IMG/VR virus record: IMGVR_UViG_3300042154_001807
Coordinates: 1 to 56,548 of that record
Strand: one strand, 5' to 3'
Length of the DNA: 56,548 nucleotides
Origin: a virus
Lineage: Duplodnaviria > Caudoviricetes
Part shown: in pieces, positions 20,901 through 28,807 of the stretch
How positions within the stretch are numbered: the stretch's first letter is position 1
How the letters are laid out: each line of letters starts with the position of its first letter
Made by a program: the position numbers and the translations under genes
Notes under the pieces: generated by a model
Database searches by the model: none
What the model saw: the letters and a program-made list of their open reading frames with translations, nothing else
What the model was told of the DNA's origin: nothing

Positions 20901-23900
20901 AACGTAATTCTCGTATTGATACCGAATCCCGTCCTCACCTTTAGTCATCGCGACATACTGATTGTAGATCTCCTTCTGAAGCTCTTCATATGCCTTGCGC
21001 ACATTTGGGTTTGCAAGGTCATCAGTCTTAGCGGACTCGTAAGCATCCGCAATCTTCATCTTGTAAAGTTGGAACGTCGGAGTGTAGTCCTTACTGGTGA
21101 CGTAGCTGCGCTTAGCAGCAGGAGCCTTGAACATCTTGCCCACCATTTCAGGCAAGCGCTTGGTGAGCCGACTGATTAAGTGCGCGGCACCGTCACGAAC
21201 CTTATTGTCTTGGTAGTTGGTGATTCCGTTGGCTCCGTCGGTGTTGGCTTTTGACCAGACTCGGATTTTCCGCCTGCGTGTGCTAAGATTTGCTGCTCCG
21301 CCTGCGCCCACGTTAATTTGGTCGTAGAAGGATTTGACTTGCCTTGTGAATTTTTCAGGGTCTGTTCCATGATGTTTTAGTGTGTAAAGTTCGATTGATC
21401 CGTCTGCGTTAACCGTGAGACCTTGGATGCCTGCACTCTTACGTGCTTTTTCGATTTCGTCAATTGAAACCTTCGGTGCGCGGATCACAGATACCAATTG
21501 GTTCTGCGTCCCATCATCGTTGACTTCTCCAAGCTGATCATCAGAAATGTTAGAGTCATCGCTAATTTCGTGCATCTCATACTGTTCGAATAGTTCAGCG
21601 AGATCCGCCATTCTTGCTCGGATCATTGGAAGGTCGGAGTCGTTTTTATAAGCGATAGAAATCTGACTGCTTGGCTCAGAGTAAGCAGCTTCGCTCGGAC
21701 TGTTGGCAAACCATCCAGTGGAGTCCTTGAACCTAGCGCTAACACCTTTCAAGTCAGACAATGCATGAGTGACTGCGATCTTCGTCAGCTCCGCAACCTC
21801 ATTAAACTTTCCATCTAACATTTTCTGTTTGATCGACGGAATAGCTTCGGTAGCCACCGTGAAGTTGAAACTTGTCTTTTTGGAAGGCTTAGTGTCAGCG
21901 TCGAGACCTGCGGCGTTGTTCTTGTATGATCCTCGAGCCTTCGCTTGTTCTGGACTTATCGTTGGCAGAGATGTCATTCCCAGTTGGTCAGCAAGGAACG
22001 CGCGGTGATGACCATCGTCGAGAGAAATAGTCCCGTCAGGCAGTGATGAGGTAACGATAGGAGTGGTCTCAAGAAACGACTTCAGAGCTTCAACTTGCGC
22101 TGGGTTTCCTTTTACTGATTCGAGAACTGCTTTAAGATTCGTGTCGGAGTAATTTTCTCCCGTTGCGTAGTTGATAATTGCCACGGCACTTTCAGCCGTG
22201 AAACCTTGGTTCCCAATCTGACCACGACTGTTTTTCAAGTCTGAAATATTCACTCTCTCTGATGAAGCGTCAAGCGAAGCAGCAGCATTCGGAGAGGACT
22301 GAGCAACAGCTCCAGCGATGGCGATACTTGTGGTTTTGTTCCCAACCTTGATCAGCATGTTAACGTCACCAATGCGAATGATTTCGCCAGTAACTTCTTC
22401 ACCGCTACCAACTCTTGACACGACCTTTCCAGTAACGACCTGACCGATTTGGAAATTGTTAGGGGTAGACTGCTGAGCGTTTGGATCCATCGCCTCAAGA
22501 TCCTTGAGAGCTTTCTGCAACAAAGTAATCTCGTTTTTCATCTCGTCGGACAAAGCGTTATCGCTCGCCATCGACTTCAGAACCTTGAGCATCGCGCGTA
22601 AGTTCTTGATCACCTCTTCCTTTGCCTTTGTCCAAAGCTTAGCGATCTCGGTCGGTGAAGCGTCAGCGTTCTGCTGCCACATCATCCTGATACCTTCGAC
22701 AGCTTTCTGCCAGTCTTCCAAGCTATCGAATCCTTTGCCATACAGGTTGCTGACTACCGAGTCATTTCCAGTGTCGACGAACTCTTTTTTCCATACTTCT
22801 TTGTAGTATGATTCGCGCCACTCCTTGAATGGTCTTGTGTCTCCAGACTTTTTGTAAATCTCTTGAGCGGCACGATACTGCGCGACGTGACGAAGCTCTT
22901 CGTCGATAACTTTCTCGATCCACTTCAGTGCCTGAGCCTCGGTCATACCAGACTTCAGTGCATCTTCCATTAGACGATCAGGGTTGATCGTTATCAGTCC
23001 TTCGTCTTCATATGCTCGGTCATTAGGGTCATTTGAAATTGTTAGGACAGATGCCAGTCCCTTGCGTTTTTTGCGGATCTTCCTAACAGCTTTATTCGCG
23101 GGAGAAAGATTGGCTCGAATAGCTTCAACGATGTCCGCAGGGGTCATGTCGTCGGTCACGGTGACTCCGTTCTCCGCAGCCACACGTTTTAAATCGTCGA
23201 CCGTCCCAGTGAGTGCCCCGTTGTCGTCGATGCTATCCAGCAGCTTGTTAGCTTCGCTGTTAAGCCCGACCTGAGCTTGTTGGTTGTCCACAGGTGTCGC
23301 AGAATTTGCATCTCCCGCAGGGTTGCCTGCGTTCGGAGGATTAGCGGTCCCACCCTGACTATTCGCTCCCGCACCTGTGGACACCAAGGGGGTTACTGAG
23401 GCGACTTTATCGCCCATCGCAAATTGTTTGGCAGCGATCACCTGAGCATCGGCTTCGTCCTTCGCCTCCACTTCAACACTCGCACCGCTCTCGCTGGTTA
23501 CGGTGAACTTCTGCTTCGAGAACTTCGCCCGAGCCTCGCCTTCGGTCATCGTAGCGATGCCTTTGGCTGACGGTGCCACGTCTTCCATTTCTACCAGAGC
23601 AGCGTCAAGCAGGACTGGTTTGCCGTTGACCATTTCGACCATCGGTGGGTTTGGTGAGCCTTCCAGCGGTGTTCCGTCGCGATTGATTCCAAGCGCAGCA
23701 ATTTCTACTGCGGTCAGTTCGTCAAGACTCTTGCCCTGAGCCAGCTTTACGGCACCAGAGACGCGATCAGCGACTTCGGGGGCAGCAGCCCTCACGCTCT
23801 CGATCTCGCGCAGGACGGCAGCATTCTGTGCAAGTTTGTCTGGGTCTTCCAGATCAGCACCCATCTCCGCAGCTTTGCGCTCTTCTTCAGCCGTGAGCGG

Positions 23901-26381
23901 CTTGCCACCGTTCTCGACAAGCTTGGCACTTGCTTGGTCACGGACGGAGAACCGAACTTGTGGCAACACACCACCAACGAGTCCGCCAAGCATTGCGGCT
24001 TTGAACGACTCTTCAAGCAAATCACCTAGCTTCATGTCTTTACCAAGCGCTGCCGTGGAAATAATGCCGTCGAGCATTTGGTTGATTCCCTCTTCCAGTG
24101 CTTCATCAGTAGCATCAGCAAACATGGTTTTACCAATCTGCTTTAACTCTGCTTTCAAACCAGCGTCTTTGATTGCCTTGCGACCGCCTTTGCTTAAGAA
24201 ATCCAACACGGTCATCGTTCTGGCGGCTCCACCAGTGACAATCCGTTCAGGACCACTAGGAAGCATGCGATTCAGCAATGCCGTTTGTGCGCCATTACTG
24301 AACGCTGCAATGCGGGTTTCTTTGCGACCAAGCACTTCCGCAATTTCGTCGTTAGTAAGCCCACGACCAAATTTCTCTTCCTCAAGATTTACTGCATCTT
24401 GATACTTTGATCCTGCTCCTTGTAAAAACGATGTTCCTTCTACTGCTGCGACACGGGTAATCGCTGCGGCTAGTGGCTTTAATCCTCGTGCCACGGCACC
24501 ACCAGCTAACATCGGAACCATCTGCGTAGCGGTGTTTGCTACATCGCCAAATACGCCGTAAGCACCAGTCAGTCCTCTGTTTACTTGAGTCATTTGACGA
24601 CCTTCAACGTATTTACTCAATTCATTTGCCGATTGCCCAACGCTGCCTGCAATCTCATCAGCGCCTACGAGCGACGCAAAGCCAGCAGCCACATTTTTCC
24701 CTGTGCCGATGATTCCATACGCACCGTTCGCAATCTCATTGAGAACAACGTCCGCAAATTTCACGATCGGATTACGATCTGTCATGCTTTTGCGCCATTC
24801 GTCTAGCAAGGCAACGTCATCAGTGCCTTTACGCTCATCAGCAAACGCCTTGAAATCATAGTCAGCAGAATAGAGTTTGCCCTTCAATTCTTTCGCCATG
24901 CCTTTACGCATCGCATCAAGTCGCTCTAACGCTTCACCTTGCTTCTCGGCATTGTTTCCAGTTGTTTGGATCTTCTTTTTCAGCGCTTCATTGTCGCCAA
25001 AAATCAAAGCTGGATTGAACGCCATGCTTCCAGTTGAAAGCTCTCGCACGCTGTCCGTGGTGTCTGCCGTCCATGCGTATTCTTTTGAGGCATCTGAAAT
25101 AATGCGGTCCGCGTCATCGCCAAGTGATTCTTGCAGTTGCTTTAGTTTTGGCAGGTTCTTTTGCGCCATTTCTTTCCGCTCCAATGCTGCTTGCTCACCT
25201 CCGCCCATGTCAGCACCAAGTCCACCGCTATAAACGGCATCAGCGGTCATATCGCTCTCCGCACTGGAAATGGCTTCTTTTAATGTTTTATTGCGCAACA
25301 ATGCACCGATTGAAGCGCTGTCTTTGCTATTACCAAAAATTTCATTAAAGAAATCTTTACCTTTCTGATAAATCCCCTCTTCTTTTCCTGCAATGGCTTT
25401 CGACTGTGAGCTTACGCCAAGAATCTTAATTGCGGACTGTCTTTTTTTTGCCTCTTCGTTATCTTTACGAAACGTCGCAATGTTTTTTCTTTGTGCTGAG
25501 ATCTCTGCTTTCGCTGCCGCTATTTTTTGAGGATCAGCATTGCCAATTTTTTCAGCTTCTAAGACACGCTGATCCGCTGCGTTCAAATCATTGTCGTAAT
25601 CGTCAAGCGTCTTTGGCTTGTTCGGATTAGCCTCTTGAAACACTCCGTTCGTCGTAGTGCCATATCCTTCGGTCGGGTTCAGAACCCCAGCAGTCACGCT
25701 GGATCTGCGCTGTTCTACAAGCTTCCGCTCTTCTGCTACCTGAGCCTTCTCGGCAGCGTGTGCGGCAAGGTCTTTTCCAACAATGCCAGAAGCCTCGCGC
25801 TCAGCGATCGCGGTCTCGCGCTCTTTCAGTTTTTCATCGACAGTCGCCACAGAGTTGAGACGCGCCCTCGCACGCTCTTCACGGTATCCGTTGACACCCA
25901 TCGACCCAAGTTCTTGGAGGCGCTTTTTAGATTCCCATTGTTCCTTTTCTTTTGCTGCCAACTCATCGTCCTTGATGAGCTTAGCCTTCAGCTCTGCATG
26001 AACTGGATCGATTTCTTGAAGACCAGAACCAGTAGTAAGAATTTCTTCGCGTTCTTTCGCTGTAAGTCTTTGACCCTTTTTTTCAGGGTCTGACAAATCG
26101 ATCTCAAGCTGATCCATCTTGTCGCGCAATGACTTCGCGTCACGCTTAAATAATGCTTCAGTAGCAATTCCTCCATAAACTGGATCGTCCTCTAATCCTT
26201 CAGCGTCACGATCTTCCCACAACCCTCCTCCTAAAGAGAACTTCACAGTCCCGAAACCAGCCTTTGCCGTCGGTGTTGCCATTTCATCGGCAATTATTTT
26301 TTCCTCGCTCCTGATCGCTTCTTTGTTGCGTTCAGCAAAACCTGAGACATTGACGTTTCGTTTCCAGATAGGTGGTTGCAT
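11925..26381 (-). CDS. Giant (4818 aa) polyvalent protein, probably an internal virion/ejected protein
   Basis: Motifs seen: metallopeptidase-like EELRH, ParB-like DDGHHR, RAVHD..AH/EEAAW, GWY/TMDRW/QAVLW, GNAT-like GGRKLDAFD, ART-PolyVal-like NQIKSADPVTYDD, FIEEIQSD. Confidence 0.8.
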   Translation of the reverse strand: MQPPIWKRNVNVSGFAERNKEAIRSEEKIIADEMATPTAKAGFGTVKFSLGGGLWEDRDAEGLEDDPVYGGIATEALFKRDAKSLRDKMDQLEIDLSDPEKKGQRLTAKEREEILTTGSGLQEIDPVHAELKAKLIKDDELAAKEKEQWESKKRLQELGSMGVNGYREERARARLNSVATVDEKLKERETAIAEREASGIVGKDLAAHAAEKAQVAEERKLVEQRRSSVTAGVLNPTEGYGTTTNGVFQEANPNKPKTLDDYDNDLNAADQRVLEAEKIGNADPQKIAAAKAEISAQRKNIATFRKDNEEAKKRQSAIKILGVSSQSKAIAGKEEGIYQKGKDFFNEIFGNSKDSASIGALLRNKTLKEAISSAESDMTADAVYSGGLGADMGGGEQAALERKEMAQKNLPKLKQLQESLGDDADRIISDASKEYAWTADTTDSVRELSTGSMAFNPALIFGDNEALKKKIQTTGNNAEKQGEALERLDAMRKGMAKELKGKLYSADYDFKAFADERKGTDDVALLDEWRKSMTDRNPIVKFADVVLNEIANGAYGIIGTGKNVAAGFASLVGADEIAGSVGQSANELSKYVEGRQMTQVNRGLTGAYGVFGDVANTATQMVPMLAGGAVARGLKPLAAAITRVAAVEGTSFLQGAGSKYQDAVNLEEEKFGRGLTNDEIAEVLGRKETRIAAFSNGAQTALLNRMLPSGPERIVTGGAARTMTVLDFLSKGGRKAIKDAGLKAELKQIGKTMFADATDEALEEGINQMLDGIISTAALGKDMKLGDLLEESFKAAMLGGLVGGVLPQVRFSVRDQASAKLVENGGKPLTAEEERKAAEMGADLEDPDKLAQNAAVLREIESVRAAAPEVADRVSGAVKLAQGKSLDELTAVEIAALGINRDGTPLEGSPNPPMVEMVNGKPVLLDAALVEMEDVAPSAKGIATMTEGEARAKFSKQKFTVTSESGASVEVEAKDEADAQVIAAKQFAMGDKVASVTPLVSTGAGANSQGGTANPPNAGNPAGDANSATPVDNQQAQVGLNSEANKLLDSIDDNGALTGTVDDLKRVAAENGVTVTDDMTPADIVEAIRANLSPANKAVRKIRKKRKGLASVLTISNDPNDRAYEDEGLITINPDRLMEDALKSGMTEAQALKWIEKVIDEELRHVAQYRAAQEIYKKSGDTRPFKEWRESYYKEVWKKEFVDTGNDSVVSNLYGKGFDSLEDWQKAVEGIRMMWQQNADASPTEIAKLWTKAKEEVIKNLRAMLKVLKSMASDNALSDEMKNEITLLQKALKDLEAMDPNAQQSTPNNFQIGQVVTGKVVSRVGSGEEVTGEIIRIGDVNMLIKVGNKTTSIAIAGAVAQSSPNAAASLDASSERVNISDLKNSRGQIGNQGFTAESAVAIINYATGENYSDTNLKAVLESVKGNPAQVEALKSFLETTPIVTSSLPDGTISLDDGHHRAFLADQLGMTSLPTISPEQAKARGSYKNNAAGLDADTKPSKKTSFNFTVATEAIPSIKQKMLDGKFNEVAELTKIAVTHALSDLKGVSARFKDSTGWFANSPSEAAYSEPSSQISIAYKNDSDLPMIRARMADLAELFEQYEMHEISDDSNISDDQLGEVNDDGTQNQLVSVIRAPKVSIDEIEKARKSAGIQGLTVNADGSIELYTLKHHGTDPEKFTRQVKSFYDQINVGAGGAANLSTRRRKIRVWSKANTDGANGITNYQDNKVRDGAAHLISRLTKRLPEMVGKMFKAPAAKRSYVTSKDYTPTFQLYKMKIADAYESAKTDDLANPNVRKAYEELQKEIYNQYVAMTKGEDGIRYQYENYVRKNPQTGEEIMGDLYGSSREAVADIRGNRLRVLKTDPSAFGPEGSDFSSHPLLQDTGLTYVDADGKTQPILYNDMFRAVHDTLAHGLFSDQFGAIGEEAAWAIHSRTIDNPWARWALTTETRGQNSWVNEGPQMRNADGSLKVAGDEGYLSPKKRDFAVQKATLLPIEFAMTGDPDVDAPMIALQAELEGAKNNAASLDSESDEEAETNGEDLKAGVQKDIPMSVDEASSIQSNIALAGSKAWARGRDMKISMQKAVLDAAKAAGVNLSLVSPQLTEYLSRVGLNDALFAIKQNPNAVGWYDEKTKQAIGVMGLLHPELNTDEDSKFAFIWALACTSNGQKVNKNFELAEKVYSEYKSTGLMPSNLLAGNSQDSINKSLELFNSLKKEWGISNLRAFMQTKFSVGEIGGIQKSLTPTGEHSATIVRGSAIIGPKVGNGFFSNLYGYFDALTMDRWLVRTWGRWTGTLIDDVPDKVEDSRQNLLKALDAIGEDGLNALAADTESTLSNLSLEDLSAKLTKLSTKKEKRKMMMSSPVRNKLRKTANNYTKYLDGQKEAPSGPNERNYIREIFGNILTEMRKIEGFENLEMADLQAVLWYAEKRLYENAKDKNLEVKEAGGYDDTEAPDYANAAVKLVLEKGVTQRKINYTLKKYGRSTAAQQSDGEVGTELQGEQRKTGELTSIEKRRFIQSLAVRRARSDISRDGGKSPAYSGISGADGKRVRVLKNLGVSYETEWKPSAKFSHVYRTSGMTPAQFVELQAGDSTNATKFKDLITIAKKESKYGAAVHAYSAEEYAGMRLFLSKDGSAGMAIKNDGDIVSLFSRKGSTSGSAALALAITAGGRKLDAFDTILPQFNANHGFVVASRIPFSEEFKPEDWDYEVFKDYNNGRPDVVFMVYDPNYNGWYSRKDGKKAKDAENAGNIQRLAASKVSKTNKNSAASLYSEYDEVMAKYEGNPKFPSTTVTPKKRVYSPIVRDLLQRREDGENISKEVIARAIDKHFPSYKVPVPKSMKDLPSQNKVLAAVTKDKRKAHEATVDLGMPTAGEIVTVRQDVPAMTENGVGVVTTTSKNGNLYLPAVRILNPDFQVREKPTLKIALGGEKGPHIVIKGAWMADQSMPADLKNWTQVGFNPDRHSYYYERGTNKPVIKGEEAFQIGNTVFVRVPEYGKARNFNFAASLDTDYLAAVAGGDMETAQRMVDEAAREAGYDVERYHITPYTFTQFRTPSEFTDEAGMQRLKDTYPKENSMRVFIRAERVGEISGNLADDKVAVLQFAQDNNLDAVTVGSNWGDLDDIIVINPNQIKSADPVTYDDNGNVIPLSQRFNPKTDNINNAASLDTEVAPFYSQLSQVIDQKMPSMSNIGQVMQIAMQNAKAEEVKWSGLQQALTTMQDDKGKVTKEAVLRYLNNEGVVRFEESNRGYDQAEEKRKEDTRSARVEIADLRTDLWSRSLGQRQLDVLSAEAQEGEGVVDDYLNLLSKKYPEEAEKLKRFTELARLIGRSDKLDPPSPRYSQYVLEGGKNYREVVLAMPIGKPWEVFNPVDGVAVASFDTEAEAKAEASRLDSGYDYGKTTDKGGSTYRSSHFPDIPDYVAHMRLNERDNGLFIEEIQSDRHQEGRKKGYRGELLMFGGKVEAYTPDGYSWAKTIKPKSSSVTHQLVRDSDGVVVAEGAIKIEVLRKSGLTASVADAPFRSTWHLALFKRALRDAVASGKTWIGWTTGETQNDRFDLSKSISEIAYWKEDDGWGIGALDLNGDAVMDQEYAKDANALESMVGKELAQKIVNDEGGDGQDYQSRYLNRRTGKLEEGVKVFTGDDLRVGGSGMKGFYDNMLVKDIGKYVKQWGGKVEKASLRNPDKRATVQYKQVAQEMFGRPASELNDSELRQVLTETSKRESDANSTPIWRVDITPEMRATVKGKGQALFAANLMDEDRAKDLLDQQAEFGNAVKPPNRASMGNENTRRVVDAFDIEYEERRETETREQWVKRGKKLANSDRKGLIENAIANATGAVGAVPLRPEDIVGTQIVIEQMVQEAGNDYDKLLEAGVVIQSYRKMRSDVARVLASGWDRLMKPDERNRRFLSNAILTLPAKVAASIDRKYLSPAQAKAEIRKKLQDRLTEIEKALKEYGVTINEVLGKQVYMSLDKSGIVRDIMKDSSKNEALAMRMHAQHSSAEQIAKATRMTVSEVEKLIQKVYNEALERMKEKVRGGATLENSGLGAASVMSEAEIEAEARRMVEVGLGISPRAHSPSTKALARKVKPAPTAPQKVNWARPEFTSGLLNYTFDSKDLVDIKQNVQALVDATAAKAKVESIEDPVKRANAEKMLASIEAILKKYGTDISTVVASGKPLESYRFDITDRMHVHLISNAIRSVDADWIDKATEYGYFSLLSGLQTMMVNASSVVHGAFDATIGRGFEIMLNAFINNPMNATLGETKYMLKAMGPMLSRAKSNFIASYGAEAAFFEQDILGVPPDLESILEGHGMYHRTAISGKKGRFLRIPTRLLLATDEYVKVINAMTEVGAMAYRICRAGGLKPDSKAFDDKMKELVNVTGSLAWQLAAQKAYTRTFTGAMPSQKDQATGEVRPVRTSGEAIGSVVAKVQSAIAPSNNENMLVKLNKTLFRMMFFPFVKIPYNITALALTYTPLSLIDVATLYVQSMGIKTPEKKMQAKAEVIERMSRVMIGGVITSLLLGIGEGDDDDLDKPILVTGSRSYANTKKGVREAAQRLGLDAYSISWKLPNGKRGVFHYGRYEPVATIISSTVDTLKQFKQAGKGRQTYGDAVSASTRAFADQLSDKTFLSGLGNFYKTIMGEQSMSKFVADKIAMLVPNLIKQPLRELDPYYRAKADTIDEEILAAVFPYGIRQAKVDIYGEKSEKLGTPITRLFDFTDSGSVEVNKVDEMLWRYQQKNPDGETLPSEAGGSYTPVKGKGQVAMTDTQARIYRERAGTNFTNIVRGRSFNYADPTDEDIKNLQKIIEVSRASALTSLKRDPNWK

Positions 26382-26465
26382 AGAAATAAATTTAAAGTTG
26401 CGCGACTGGGCAATTTAACGGGGTCGCATCTCCGCAATGAACGTGGTCTGCCCTAACCAAAATGT

Positions 26466-27434
26466 TTACTCAGTCGGGAATTTGTAAGTCCCTGTTTTTT
26501 GAGCCTTTGCAACATTCGCAGCGACCTTTGCAGCGAATCGCGCTTTCTCTTGCTGAGCCTCGTAATCTTTTTTGTTCCTGTCGATGTTTCTCTCAGGACC
26601 GACGTAACGTCCAGCCTGATACAGACCTTTTTTCTCGTCTTCTCGAACACGATCGATCTCATACTGAGTCCGACCTAACACATCTTTAGTAGCGTAAGAA
26701 CTAACAAGGTCTTTCTCTTCTTTGGTAGCATTCCCAGCCTGTGCGTTTTTCTGTGCCTTGTCATAATTGATGAAATCTTTGTCGGGTGTCCCGCCAGTAG
26801 CAACGACACGACCTTTATCCATGTCATACTTCGTAGTGAATGGTCGAGGAGCGTCTGGACGATCGCGAAGCATAGGAGAAGTTACTACGTTTTTAGTAGT
26901 TTGCTCAGCCGCAGCTTTACCAGAATCCGATTCATCCGCGACAACGGTTGCCTTTGGAGGACTCGATACTGAATTTGCAACGACAGAAGCTCGAGTCGGA
27001 GAAGATTGCTTTTGCTCCATTCCTTTAACTTCTTCAGACACAGCTTTCTTCTGCACAGGAGGGGTGACGGTGGTAGGCGCTGGCTGACCCATTACTGGAA
27101 CTGAACTGCTAGGCTTAGCTGTAGTGGCGCTACTGGGTGCTGGAGAACCAACCGTGGCAGGGATCGAAGTCGCTTTTTTAAGGGAATCTGCCCGTTTAGC
27201 AGGTGACGACCCAGAAGGTTTAAAACCTTTCTCTCTAGCCGCCATTCGATCCGTATACAGATCAGAAACCTGCTCAGCATTTTTCACCACTTCGTCCATT
27301 GTATAAAATTTACCTCCTTGCAAATTATTTTTTGGGTTCCATGCTGGTGAAGGAGTTGGATTAGTAGCCTTTCCACTCTTCGCAGGAGTGACGGTTGGGG
27401 TAGTGTATGTCTGAGGTGGGTAATATCCTGCCAT
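26466..27434 (-). CDS. Putative internal virion/ejection protein, low complexity
   Basis: 322 aa, rich in P/T/S/K/A; upstream of the giant gene. Confidence 0.55.
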   Translation of the reverse strand: MAGYYPPQTYTTPTVTPAKSGKATNPTPSPAWNPKNNLQGGKFYTMDEVVKNAEQVSDLYTDRMAAREKGFKPSGSSPAKRADSLKKATSIPATVGSPAPSSATTAKPSSSVPVMGQPAPTTVTPPVQKKAVSEEVKGMEQKQSSPTRASVVANSVSSPPKATVVADESDSGKAAAEQTTKNVVTSPMLRDRPDAPRPFTTKYDMDKGRVVATGGTPDKDFINYDKAQKNAQAGNATKEEKDLVSSYATKDVLGRTQYEIDRVREDEKKGLYQAGRYVGPERNIDRNKKDYEAQQEKARFAAKVAANVAKAQKTGTYKFPTE

Positions 27435-27456
27435 AATAGTTTTTCGTTAGATTTAG

Positions 27457-28149
27457 TTAAGCCATTGCTCGATTGTAGCGCTTGAAAGCACCAGTCTTAC
27501 TGGCACCCTCGTCCTTGCGATTCCCAAATGTAGACTGGGTCATAGAATTTCCTCCAGCCTTGATCATTGGAGGAGAAATTGAAGAAACCATAGGCTCAGC
27601 TGGAGAGAACCCGTCAGTCGATGGAGCAGACGAATCAGCTTCCTCAATAGATCCTGTCCCAATTCCGCCGATCTTAGGGGTTCTTGCGGGACTAGCGACC
27701 GAAGTTCCAGTTGCTGGCTCAGCGCCAGACGAAGAAACACCAGTCGAAACAGGGGTAGGTGGTCCTTGCATGATCGATCCTTTCTGCCCAGCCTGCGCTG
27801 GGGTCGAAGAAACACCAGTCGAAACAGGGGTAGGTGGTCCTTGCATGATCGATCCTTTCTGCCCAGCCTGCGCTGGGGTCGGGGGGGTCACAGAAGTTGT
27901 TGCCTGAGCAGCTTTCTCGCTCGGTGACAACATGTCGGTCGTCGCACGCTTCGCATACTCGTCCTTCCACTCGGGTGCAGCATTCCTCCAAACCTCGTTC
28001 TGAAACTTCATCGCAGCTTGGTCTCGGGTCATCCCCTTCATTGGTCCTTTCAAATATTTGAACACACCTTTGTCGTCATTATTCAGTCCTCCGCCTTGGG
28101 AAATCCATGTAGAATAAGCATGTGCATAACCATTCGCTGTCGCAGTCAT
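27457..28149 (-). CDS. Putative internal virion protein with a 25-aa tandem duplication
   Basis: 230 aa; TPAQAGQKGSIMQGPPTPVSTGVSS occurs twice. Confidence 0.55.
   Translation of the reverse strand: MTATANGYAHAYSTWISQGGGLNNDDKGVFKYLKGPMKGMTRDQAAMKFQNEVWRNAAPEWKDEYAKRATTDMLSPSEKAAQATTSVTPPTPAQAGQKGSIMQGPPTPVSTGVSSTPAQAGQKGSIMQGPPTPVSTGVSSSGAEPATGTSVASPARTPKIGGIGTGSIEEADSSAPSTDGFSPAEPMVSSISPPMIKAGGNSMTQSTFGNRKDEGASKTGAFKRYNRAMA
27730..27879. repeat. Perfect 75-bp tandem duplication
   Basis: 27730..27804 = 27805..27879. Confidence 0.9.
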
Positions 28150-28162
28150 GCGACGACAAATA

Positions 28163-28242
28163 CATTAACGCATAAAAGTTGCAACAACCATTTCCTGCTC
28201 CACCAAAAAATTCCTTAGAATCATTAATGCATAAAAGTTGCA
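28163..28242 (-). promoter_or_regulatory. Two 21-bp direct repeats CATTAAYGCATAAAAGTTGCA
   Basis: 28163..28183 and 28222..28242, one mismatch; upstream of the 28149 start. Confidence 0.6.
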
Positions 28243-28306
28243 TTAGTGGTCAGGGGGTCAGGGGTTCACGTCAGGGGTTAACCTCTTTTGACCCCCTGCT
28301 ATCGGG

Positions 28307-28347
28307 AAAACAAAAACCCCGCTCGGCGCTATGATTCCGAGCGGGGT
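28307..28347 (-). terminator. Intrinsic terminator downstream of the tRNA
   Basis: 11-bp stem ACCCCGCTCGG/CCGAGCGGGGT followed by TTTTGTTTT on the minus strand. Confidence 0.75.
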
Positions 28348-28415
28348 AGTTCTCCTGCCGTCATCACGGAGTGCGAACACTTATTTCCGTCGGCTGGCTT
28401 CGTTTTTGTGGAGAT

Positions 28416-28493
28416 TGGTTGTAGGGGTGGAATTTGAATCCACATACTCTACGTCATGAGCGTAGCGTCTTACCAGTCGACATTCACCCTGCT
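28416..28493 (-). tRNA. tRNA with CAT anticodon (Met/fMet/Ile2), atypical acceptor stem
   Basis: Anticodon arm CTACG-CTCATGA-CGTAG, T arm GTGGA-TTCAAAT-TCCAC, encoded ACCA; mismatches at pairs 1:72 and 3:70. Confidence 0.8.
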
Positions 28494-28495
28494 TT

Positions 28496-28631
28496 TGGTG
28501 AGAGTTACACTGCTACTCACAAGCGTTCCCTATTCTTCAGAGACCAATACACTGCGGATTATCCTCCTCAATGCGCGGAGCTGATCTTAACCTCACAATG
28601 GCTAATCACGTGTGACGAGGCAACAATCTCA
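28496..28631 (-). ncRNA. Candidate structured RNA ending in ACCA, directly upstream of the tRNA
   Basis: 5' GAGA..UUGUUGC..UCACA can pair with 3' UGUGA..GUAGCAG..UCUC, followed by ACCA. Confidence 0.3.
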
Positions 28632-28807
28632 AATCAACGGGGTTTGTCAATCAGAAATAACGTCCATTTTCATCTTCGCGCATGTAAGAACGAATCAGTC
28701 GAGAATGGAAATGCAATTCGTTGGGTGATAGCTTATTCCCAATCATCGCAACGCCGAAATAATGCCAGTTCAAAGCATTCGCAATTCTCCGCAAAACGCG
28801 CTTTTTG

